Shown here: piece by piece, positions 19,126 to 27,222 of the stretch | Layout of the letters: the number at the start of each line of letters is the position of its first letter | Numbering within the stretch: position 1 is the first letter of the stretch | Source: Clostridia bacterium | GTDB taxonomy: Bacteria > Bacillota > Clostridia > TANB77 > CAG-465 | DNA: 64,000 bases | NCBI GenBank assembly: GCA_051886195.1 | Contig: JBJEXW010000003.1 | Span: 23,844 to 87,843, forward strand | Direction: 5' to 3' | Notes under the pieces: generated by a model | Told to the model about the DNA's origin: nothing | The model's input: the letters and a program-made list of their open reading frames with translations, nothing else | Database searches by the model: none | Program-made: the position numbers and the translations under genes

Positions 19126-19554
19126 ATGGAGAAGATTTTAACATTAATAGTAACAATGCTATTTAAAGTGATGATTGTTACAATAGTTCTTGATTGCATT
19201 TTAGGAGTTTTAAGAGCTATTAAGGAAAGAAAATTTAATTCATGTATAGGGATTGATGGATTAGTAAGAAAATTTGCTATGCTTGTTACTGCAATAGGTA
19301 CAAAAGTAATTGACAATATAGTTCAGTTTAATTTTATAGGATTTGTTCCACAAACAATACGAGACTTTATTCATTTAGACTATGCAGGGATATCTGATCT
19401 ATTTCTTTTATTATTTATAGCCTTTGAAGCGCTATCTATTTTAAAGAATTTGACTAGATTAAAATTACCATTTTTCAAAGGTGTACAAGCTAAATTAGAA
19501 GAGTTTTTAGAAAAATATACTGACGAAACAATAAAAGTGGATAAAGAGGTGTAG
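19126..19554 (+). CDS. Holin (phage_holin_4_1 / TcdE-like)
   Basis: 142 aa, three TM helices, RBS AGGAGGG, immediately upstream of the endolysin. Confidence 0.65.
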   Translation: MEKILTLIVTMLFKVMIVTIVLDCILGVLRAIKERKFNSCIGIDGLVRKFAMLVTAIGTKVIDNIVQFNFIGFVPQTIRDFIHLDYAGISDLFLLLFIAFEALSILKNLTRLKLPFFKGVQAKLEEFLEKYTDETIKVDKEV

Positions 19555-19663
19555 AGATACACCTCTATTTTTATATAAAGGAGGAAAATCATGGGAGACG
19601 AAGAAATAGTTCTAACAGAAGAACAAGAAAAAGAATTTTCAAATAATAAAGGAGATGATACTG

Positions 19664-20614
19664 ATGAGTAACTCAAGTTTAGTAAATACTACAGTTTGGT
19701 GCGCAGAAGGTAATTATACTCATGGCAGAAGTGGAAGAAATATAGAAATGGTAGCTCTTCATCATATGGCTGGTGTTTTATCAGCTGAACAATGTGGAAG
19801 GATTTTTCAACAATCTGGAAGAGGAGCAAGTGCTCACTATGGAATAGGTTATGATGGGAAAATAGGATTGTATGTTGACGAATACAATACAGCGTGGGCT
19901 AATTCTAATTGGGATAGCAATTGCAAATCTGTAAGTATTGAACTATCTAATAGTATGGCTAGTGGAGATTATCCAGTTTCTGATATAGTTTTAAATAAGG
20001 CAATAGATTTGATTGTTGATATATTTAAAAGAAATAATCTAGGTAAATGTGTAAAAGGTCAGAATCTTACATGGCATTCAATGTATTCTAACACTTATTG
20101 CCCAGGAAATTATGTTAGAAGTAAACTAGATTATATAGTTGATAAGGTTAATGAAAAATTAGGATTAAATTCTAATTCTGGTACAAGCTCTAATGATAAT
20201 CTATATAGAGTACAAGTTGGAGCTTTTAGTAAAAAAGAGAATGCTGAAAAATTAGCTGATGAAATTAAAAATAAAGGTGTTGATACTTGTATTATAACAG
20301 AAAATAGTTTATATAAAGTTCAATGTGGAGCATACAGTAATGTATCTAATGCTAGAAACATGGCACAAAAATTAAACAATATGGGATATAGTACGTATAT
20401 AGAAGGATTAAATGAAAGTACATCTTCGAATCAAGGTGTAGCTTATAGGGTAAATTGTGATTATCCAAACATTAGATCAAGTGCATCTTTAAATTCTAGT
20501 ATAGTAAGAAGACCTAAAAAAGGAGATATCATATATGTTGTTGGAATAGAAAATGGATTTTTAAAGTTATCTGATGGAACATATTTGAAAAAAGGGTTCG
20601 CAGATAAAGTATAA
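19664..20614 (+). CDS. Endolysin: N-acetylmuramoyl-L-alanine amidase (amidase_2/PGRP) + SPOR domain + SH3b
   Basis: HHMAG..YCPGN zinc-amidase motifs; SPOR repeats LYRVQVGAFSKKENAEKLA / LYKVQCGAYSNVSNARNMA; SH3-like C-terminus. Confidence 0.8.
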   Translation: MSNSSLVNTTVWCAEGNYTHGRSGRNIEMVALHHMAGVLSAEQCGRIFQQSGRGASAHYGIGYDGKIGLYVDEYNTAWANSNWDSNCKSVSIELSNSMASGDYPVSDIVLNKAIDLIVDIFKRNNLGKCVKGQNLTWHSMYSNTYCPGNYVRSKLDYIVDKVNEKLGLNSNSGTSSNDNLYRVQVGAFSKKENAEKLADEIKNKGVDTCIITENSLYKVQCGAYSNVSNARNMAQKLNNMGYSTYIEGLNESTSSNQGVAYRVNCDYPNIRSSASLNSSIVRRPKKGDIIYVVGIENGFLKLSDGTYLKKGFADKV

Positions 20615-20664
20615 TATAAATAGTATATAAATATGATATAAATGTGAAAAAAACATAAAAACTA

Positions 20665-20691
20665 TTGATTTTTGAAAAAATATGATATAAT
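20665..20691 (+). promoter_or_regulatory. Promoter (TTGATT, extended -10 TGaTATAAT)
   Basis: Drives only a 10-codon ORF before the terminator at 20781..20805. Confidence 0.4.
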
Positions 20692-20780
20692 ATAATTACA
20701 AATTCAATAGGAGGAGGTCGATATATATGAATATAGAATGGCCAGAAAATGAAAGTTAAATAGTAAAAGTTAGAAAAATA

Positions 20781-20805
20781 AGAGCCAATAAAAAGGCTCT
20801 TATCT
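20781..20805. terminator. Bidirectional terminator hairpin aagagcc-aataaaa-ggctctt
   Basis: Stem-loop with a T-run on both strands. Confidence 0.5.
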
Positions 20806-20806
20806 T

Positions 20807-21811
20807 TTAATTTATAGTTTCTATTCTTGGATTTAAAATTCTATTTGACTTTTTTATATTTTTTGCTTCTGTTTTCTTTGCTTTAGAATATCTATTTAAC
20901 CAATCATTGTATACATGTATTATATTTGTGTATACCTTATCAACAGAATTTGTATTATTACTGCTTATTTCTATGGCTAATAGTCTGATAAAATTTAAGA
21001 ATGTTTGATGCAAAGATTGATATATAAACTCTGAATTGGCAGCTCTACTCGAGATATACATACACAAATATTCTAATTCATTTAATGTATCACATACAAG
21101 TGCAGAAAATTTGTGTGGAAATTGCATATTACAGAGTATATATTTGTTATCTTCCAATTTTGCTCTTTCAAACTCTTTTTTCTTCTTTTTATAGTTGCTT
21201 TTATTAGTTTGCTTTAACTTTTTTATATCATTTAATTCTTTTTTTATATCGCTAACATAATATGAAGAATCTCCTGCTGCTTTTATAACTTTTGTATAAA
21301 TAGCTTGTAATTCTTTCTCTTTTTTTAATGAATCATATTTTTCATATATTTTTTCACCATAAATTCTTCTTATTTCATTTTTGTCAAAGTTTGTACATTC
21401 AAAAATAGAATAAGCTTCATTACAATTGCTTTCTTTTTTCTTTATGACATCTTCTAATTTTGATAAGCTAATTACATTAATAATAATACTGACTTTATTT
21501 ATTATTTCAGTAGCAAACATTTTTGCTATTTCTGCACCTTTTTCTTGCTGAGTTCTTTTTTTGTTGCTAGTATATTCTATATACGTTAGTGCTGTGCCTG
21601 TAATAATACCAATTATTGAAATAATAATTCCCCATTCACTTATAGGTTTATTAAATAGATAGGTTTCTTCATATATTACATATATTTCTTTATTAGATTC
21701 AGATATTATTTTTTCTATTTTTTCATATTTTTTAGGAGCAAATATAAAATATACTAATAGTCCTAAAGATATTATAGTTATTGCTATGTATGCTAGACCT
21801 CTTTTTTTCAT
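20807..21811 (-). CDS. Membrane protein (2 N-terminal TM helices + Lys-rich cytoplasmic domain), possible prophage-end cargo
   Basis: Own promoter on the minus strand (TTGACT, 17 nt, TATAAT). Confidence 0.4.
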   Translation of the reverse strand: MKKRGLAYIAITIISLGLLVYFIFAPKKYEKIEKIISESNKEIYVIYEETYLFNKPISEWGIIISIIGIITGTALTYIEYTSNKKRTQQEKGAEIAKMFATEIINKVSIIINVISLSKLEDVIKKKESNCNEAYSIFECTNFDKNEIRRIYGEKIYEKYDSLKKEKELQAIYTKVIKAAGDSSYYVSDIKKELNDIKKLKQTNKSNYKKKKKEFERAKLEDNKYILCNMQFPHKFSALVCDTLNELEYLCMYISSRAANSEFIYQSLHQTFLNFIRLLAIEISSNNTNSVDKVYTNIIHVYNDWLNRYSKAKKTEAKNIKKSNRILNPRIETIN

Positions 21812-21945
21812 TTATCTCACCTAGCACAATTATACTAATCTTATATTTTGAAGTCAAGAAAAATGTAAAAAAATGTCAATGATAAAATATAAAGTATAAC
21901 ACACTAGACTCTACATTATATTTTACTTAATTTTCATAAATCATA

Positions 21946-22044
21946 TTGACAACTTAACATAAAAATATTATAATGTGTGTGGAATAATTATAAATAAAAT
22001 TTTTGAATAAGTTGAGCGGGGAGTAATCCCCGCACTATTTTTTT
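21946..22044 (+). ncRNA. Candidate small RNA (consensus promoter to intrinsic terminator, ~64-nt transcript)
   Basis: TTGACA, 17 nt, TATAAT at 21946..21974; terminator gagcgggg-agtaa-tccccgc plus T7. Confidence 0.3.
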
Positions 22045-22206
22045 AAGTACTCTTTCGCATTTTCTGTAATCCACGCTGCAAGTGATTTATTTTCTTCTTT
22101 TAATTTTTCTTTTAATTGCATTCCTAATTCTTTATCAATTCTTGCATCAATTCTTGAATATTTTTCTTTAAGCCAGCTCTTCTCATTTTCATAATTTCTT
22201 GCCATT
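22035..22206 (-). CDS. Small RHH/Arc-like DNA-binding protein (putative)
   Basis: 55 aa MARNYENEKSWLKEKYSRID...SLAAWITENAKEYLKK; RBS AAGGAGAG. Confidence 0.3.
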
Positions 22207-22208
22207 AT

Positions 22209-22400
22209 TTACTCTCCTTTTTTACTGTTAAAATTGCTAATCATCCATAGATTAATTAGTATACATACGCTATTTAATAATGAAGTTATACTATTACAAT
22301 TAAAATTTGGATTAAATATGCTATAAGAAGTCAAAAAGATGTTAATAACACTTAATAGTATAACTAATATTGGAAATAATACTAATATTGACTTTTTCAT
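22209..22400 (-). CDS. Small membrane protein
   Basis: 63 aa with two hydrophobic helices. Confidence 0.3.
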   Translation of the reverse strand: MKKSILVLFPILVILLSVINIFLTSYSIFNPNFNCNSITSLLNSVCILINLWMISNFNSKKGE

Positions 22401-22820
22401 AAAATTATGGTAAACTAATGATATATAAGGGAGTGGAGGATTATCTCCTCCTTCTCCTTATAATAGTTTTTTTATTAGTAGGCTTAGCTTTTTTTATAGT
22501 TATTTTTAAAGTGATTATTCCAGTAATCAACGTAACTATATGAATTGCTAAGTCTATTATTTTTATCATTAGTTCCATTTTGCCCCCCTTCCTAACTACA
22601 TCTATATTATATCATACTAACGTTAGTATGTCAACAAAAATAATAAAAAATTTATAAATTTTTTAAAAGATTAATAAACTTAATTAAGTGAATATTGTTA
22701 ATGTCACTTGGACAAATTTTGGACAAATTTTTAGCAAAAATAAGTAATAATTATTAACTATATGCAATAATTAAAAAATAAAAAAAATCAAGCAAATAGC
22801 TTGATATACTTGATTTTAAT

Positions 22821-22896
22821 TGGTGCTCCTGAGACGAATCGAACGTCCGACCAACGACTTAGGAGGTCGCTGCTCTATCCACTGAGCTACAGAAGC
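22821..22896 (-). tRNA. tRNA-Arg (anticodon CCT)
   Basis: Cloverleaf GCTTCTGTAGCTCAGTGGATAGAGCAGCGACCTCCTAAGTCG...CACCA; anticodon loop CTCCTAA. Confidence 0.85.
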
Positions 22897-22979
22897 ATAT
22901 AATTATTATATCATTTTTACATATATTTTCAAGTAGTATAAATAACTTTATTTTTATATTAAAAGATAGTATAATGTAA

Positions 22980-23396
22980 ATGGTGAATAAAGTGAATAAA
23001 TATCTAAAAGAAGCGTATGAAGAAGCTATAAAGGCATATAAAAAGAAAGAAGTACCTGTTGGTGCTATTATTGTAAAAGATGGAAAAATAATAGCAAAAG
23101 CACATAATTTAAGGGAAATAAAGAAAAATTCTTTAGCGCATGCAGAAATTATCTGTATAAATAAGGCGTGTAAGAAATTAAGAAATTGGAGATTGGACAA
23201 TTGTGTAATGTATGTTACATTATATCCATGTGAAATGTGTATGGGTGCAATAAAGCAATCTAGAATTCAAAAAGTATATTATGGAGCAATGGATGACAAA
23301 TTATCTACATATAATAGTGAAATGTGTGAATATGTAGAAAATGATGAATGTAAAGAAATTTTAAAAGAGTTCTTTAAAGAACTAAGAAGAAAATAG
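22980..23396 (+). CDS. tadA: tRNA-specific adenosine deaminase
   Basis: HAE and PCEMC zinc-deaminase motifs. Confidence 0.85.
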   Translation: MVNKVNKYLKEAYEEAIKAYKKKEVPVGAIIVKDGKIIAKAHNLREIKKNSLAHAEIICINKACKKLRNWRLDNCVMYVTLYPCEMCMGAIKQSRIQKVYYGAMDDKLSTYNSEMCEYVENDECKEILKEFFKELRRK

Positions 23397-23438
23397 TTGA
23401 AATTTACATATAATTAGTGTATAATATAAATTGTTAAC

Positions 23439-23515
<77 letters not shown>

Positions 23516-23519
23516 AAAA

Positions 23520-23548
23520 AAGCTGTAGTAAGAATACTACAGCTTTTT
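23520..23548. terminator. Bidirectional terminator agctgtagta-agaa-tactacagct
   Basis: Perfect 10-bp stem flanked by A/T runs. Confidence 0.6.
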
Positions 23549-24883
23549 TTATAGTGTATTAATTTCATAATCTACATATTTTGAACGAATAGTTAAATAA
23601 TTAATAATTTGATCTATACCATAAGAAATACTTGGTATTGATTGCCACTTTTCATGCTCTCTATTCCATGCTTCTTTTGGGATAGAATTTGAAAAGTTTT
23701 CAAATTCATATATAATATTTTTATTTGAAAGCACAGTTTGTCTAAGTACATTATATCTGGTTTTAAATTCTTCAGAAAAGCATGCAAGGATTCTGTTCCA
23801 TAATAAGCTTTGTGCATCAGCATATTCCTCAGGAAATTTATTTGTTTCTTTATATAAAGTTATTCCATCGTATTTTAATCCCCAAGTAGAATCTAAATCA
23901 TACATACTTGGATACCAAACTTCACCGTCATAAGTTACTAGTAACATATTCTTTGTAACATTATCTGTGCAATTTCCTAGATATAAAAAGCATAGATAAT
24001 TTAAGCACGAGTCTAAATTTAAGTATTGATCAAAATTTTGTTTGAATTCTTCATCAGAAGAATCTTTAACAAATCTAATTACCCTATTTAATTTTTCAAA
24101 GGTTTCATTAATTTCTTCTTGCGTTTCATTTGGACCAACTTCAATTGACCAATCTTGTCCATCAATTGGTAAAGATTCATTATAAAAAGTTACAGATGAA
24201 CCAAAATTGTTATTTTCACCACACATTACAATATGATTTGGATTATTTGTATCCATATTAAACATCCAGTCACCTTTGGGAATATTACAAGTATATAATC
24301 CTTGATATATTCCATTGATATATATTTCTATAGGGTAACCATCTATTAAACCATTATTTGGGCAGTCTTCAAATAGACCATATCTAGCTTGCACTTTTCC
24401 CATGAGTCTAGCCGAAACAATATTTCTAGCATGTGTACTGTCTATCCAGTTAGCCTTTAAGCAATATTTATTTTGTTCTCCCCATCCAAAATTTAAATCT
24501 ATATTGTTTTTTTTAGAAAATGTATCATCTGTATAGAATGTTATTGTATAGTTTTTTTTAGTATAATTTAGGCTTGAAGTACCTTGTAGTTTTATAGTAG
24601 CATAAGACTCGAATATTTTTTCGTTATTTATTGTATATTCTATATTTATATATTCAGATTCTTGTTTTGTTTTTAAGTTTAATACATTTCCTAAAAAATT
24701 CATCCTAGGAATATTTGTGGCTTCTTGTTCTTCAATTCTAATCACTTGTTCGTCCTGTTCTTTAACGTTATTTGTAAGTTCATCTTTTTTTGTAATAAAT
24801 AAAAGAGATACTGATACTATAAGAATTAGTGTTGCAGCAATTATAACAGGTATGAAATATTTAAGTGTTTTTTTATTTTTCAT
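23549..24883 (-). CDS. CotH family protein (spore coat kinase-like)
   Basis: N-terminal TM helix; motifs KKNYTI, GWGEQNKYCLKANWIDSTHARN. Confidence 0.5.
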   Translation of the reverse strand: MKNKKTLKYFIPVIIAATLILIVSVSLLFITKKDELTNNVKEQDEQVIRIEEQEATNIPRMNFLGNVLNLKTKQESEYINIEYTINNEKIFESYATIKLQGTSSLNYTKKNYTITFYTDDTFSKKNNIDLNFGWGEQNKYCLKANWIDSTHARNIVSARLMGKVQARYGLFEDCPNNGLIDGYPIEIYINGIYQGLYTCNIPKGDWMFNMDTNNPNHIVMCGENNNFGSSVTFYNESLPIDGQDWSIEVGPNETQEEINETFEKLNRVIRFVKDSSDEEFKQNFDQYLNLDSCLNYLCFLYLGNCTDNVTKNMLLVTYDGEVWYPSMYDLDSTWGLKYDGITLYKETNKFPEEYADAQSLLWNRILACFSEEFKTRYNVLRQTVLSNKNIIYEFENFSNSIPKEAWNREHEKWQSIPSISYGIDQIINYLTIRSKYVDYEINTL

Positions 24884-25134
24884 AAAAATCACTACTTTCT
24901 AAAAGTAATCTATACTTAAATTATATATATAAAATTTTAAATTTTCAATAATAAAGTGATTTTTTATTAACAAAATATTACCTTATGTTACAATATTTAA
25001 TTATAAATTGAAATATAAATTTATTCATTATGAATTTAAATATATTGAATATTTTATTATCATATGATATAAGAAAAATATAGTTTGTATTTAATTAAAA
25101 AATGGTGAGATAATATAAAATAGGAAGTGATTAA

Positions 25135-25590
25135 ATGTATAGAAAAGCAAATAAATCAGATATTGATGATATAATGAAATTACCTAATCTCAACAAGTCT
25201 AAAGAAGAATTAGAGGATTATTTAAATAAAGGATATAAGTACTTATATGTATATGAAAGAGATAATAGTTCAATCATTGGAGCATCTTTTTTTGGAGCAG
25301 ATGGTGTTGAAGATGATGACTATGACTCAGAAGTATATGGCATATATACTAGAAATGTTAAAGATAAAGATACAATAAATGCAGAAATGTTATTTGATAC
25401 TAAAAAAGAACTATTTAATTTGGGATATCGTAATTTAATAATTTGGTGTGATGAAAGAAATGAAAAAAAGAAAAAATATTTACAGTCATCTGGTGGAATA
25501 GAGAGTAGAAAAAGAGAGAATAATGGACGTATAGAAGTGGCATATACATATAATTTGGTTGATTTATCTGAAATGGAAAAAGACATATAA
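25135..25590 (+). CDS. Hypothetical protein
   Basis: ORF only. Confidence 0.3.
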   Translation: MYRKANKSDIDDIMKLPNLNKSKEELEDYLNKGYKYLYVYERDNSSIIGASFFGADGVEDDDYDSEVYGIYTRNVKDKDTINAEMLFDTKKELFNLGYRNLIIWCDERNEKKKKYLQSSGGIESRKRENNGRIEVAYTYNLVDLSEMEKDI

Positions 25591-25742
25591 TTATTTTTTA
25601 ATTATATGTCTTTTTATATGTTTAAAGTTTTATGTATTTCTATAAAATCACCTATAAAGAGTTTAATATATAATTTATCTGAATTTCAATGTTATTTAGA
25701 ATAATAGAAGTAATTTAACAATATACTTTATTGAGGTGGAAA

Positions 25743-26318
25743 ATGTCGATTATCTGGTCAGCAATATTAATAATATGCATAATTTTTTCTTGTGTTACAA
25801 ATAGTCCTAGCTTAGTAATAGATTCAATAACAAATAGTTCTAAAAACGCTATAGAAAATATATGGGTAATAGCTAGTATGGTTATATTTTGGAGTGGAAT
25901 TTTTAATGTGTTGTCTAATACAAATATATTAAGTAAAATATCTAAAAAATTATATAATTTATTTTCTTTTTTATTTAATAAGGAAGAAGTTTCTGAAAAA
26001 GCAAAAGAGTACATAAGCTTAAACATTGCTTCTAATTTGTTAGGTGTAGGAAATGCTGCAACAGTAAATAGTTTAAATGGAATAGAAGAACTACAGAAAA
26101 GTAATAATAGCAAGGTAAAAATAAATAAGTCAATGGCTATTTTTATTGCATTAAATACAGCATCTATGCAAATAATACCGACATCTATGATTTCTCTTAG
26201 AACATTATATAATTCAGTATCTCCAGAAAAGATTATTATTCCTGTAATTATAATTTCTTTTACATCATTAATTGTATCTTTAATATCTGTGAATATATTA
26301 TGGAGATATTATGGTTAG
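25743..26318 (+). CDS. spmA: Spore maturation protein A (nucleoside-recognition membrane protein)
   Basis: Membrane protein paired with a spmB-like gene. Confidence 0.6.
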   Translation: MSIIWSAILIICIIFSCVTNSPSLVIDSITNSSKNAIENIWVIASMVIFWSGIFNVLSNTNILSKISKKLYNLFSFLFNKEEVSEKAKEYISLNIASNLLGVGNAATVNSLNGIEELQKSNNSKVKINKSMAIFIALNTASMQIIPTSMISLRTLYNSVSPEKIIIPVIIISFTSLIVSLISVNILWRYYG

Positions 26319-26796
26319 TTATATTGTACCAATTTTAATATTGCTTGTTATTATCATTGCATGGATTGAAAAGAAAAATGTATATGTATTATTTATAGAT
26401 GGAATAAAAAGTGGTGTAAAAACTGTATATAATATATTTCCATATATATTTGCTATTACAATTATTTCAGGATTAATTAGTGATACAGAAATATTAAAAA
26501 AAATAAAATTATTTAATATATCTGCAGAATTATTGCCATTGATACTTATGAAGCCATTATCTGGTGGAGCCTCAACAGCACTAGTTGTAGATGTATTTAA
26601 TAAGTTTGGACCAGATAGTTTTAATGGGATTTTTGCTTCTTTAATAATGGCTTCAACAGAAACAACTCTATATGTAATATCTATAATGTCAAGTAGAATA
26701 AAAATTAAAGATATGAAATTGCCAATTATATGTGGTTTAATAGGAGATATAACAGCTATAATTTTTGCGATTATAATTACAAAAATAATTATATAA
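26311..26796 (+). CDS. spmB: Spore maturation protein B
   Basis: Translationally overlaps spmA; typical SpmB length. Confidence 0.6.
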   Translation: MVSYIVPILILLVIIIAWIEKKNVYVLFIDGIKSGVKTVYNIFPYIFAITIISGLISDTEILKKIKLFNISAELLPLILMKPLSGGASTALVVDVFNKFGPDSFNGIFASLIMASTETTLYVISIMSSRIKIKDMKLPIICGLIGDITAIIFAIIITKIII

Positions 26797-26935
26797 TTCT
26801 ATTGAATTTTATATTAATATGATATATAATCTAAACATGTTAATTAGAAAGTTTTAAATGTCCTTTAAGAAACAATATTCTAAAGAAAATTTAAAAAAGT
26901 ATAATAACAAATTTCTTAAAGGAGGAAAATAAATC

Positions 26936-27096
26936 ATGGAAGATAAAACAATCGTATGCAAAGATTGCAATAACGAATTTGTTTTTACTGCTGGTGAACA
27001 AGAGTTTTTTGCTCAAAAAGGTTTTTCTGAACCTGTTAGATGTAAAGCTTGTAGAGATGCCAAAAAAGCAAGAAATAATGCAGCAAACAATCAATA
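26936..27096 (+). CDS. Small zinc-ribbon protein (CxxC..CxxC)
   Basis: 53 aa MEDKTIVCKDCNNEF...VRCKACRD; RBS AGGAGG; terminator at 27100..27135. Confidence 0.45.
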
Positions 27097-27222
27097 ATTG
27101 TAATTAATAACTGGAGAAATCCAGTTATTTTTTTAATATTTATCTTAATTTTTGTATATGACTTAAATGTTGCAAATTTCTGCTTTTTTTGATATAATAA
27201 ACCTGTTTAAGGAGGCAGAAAT

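Noticed and set aside
22859-23200. 113-aa minus-strand ORF
   Set aside because: It overlaps tRNA-Arg(CCT) and the tadA coding region.
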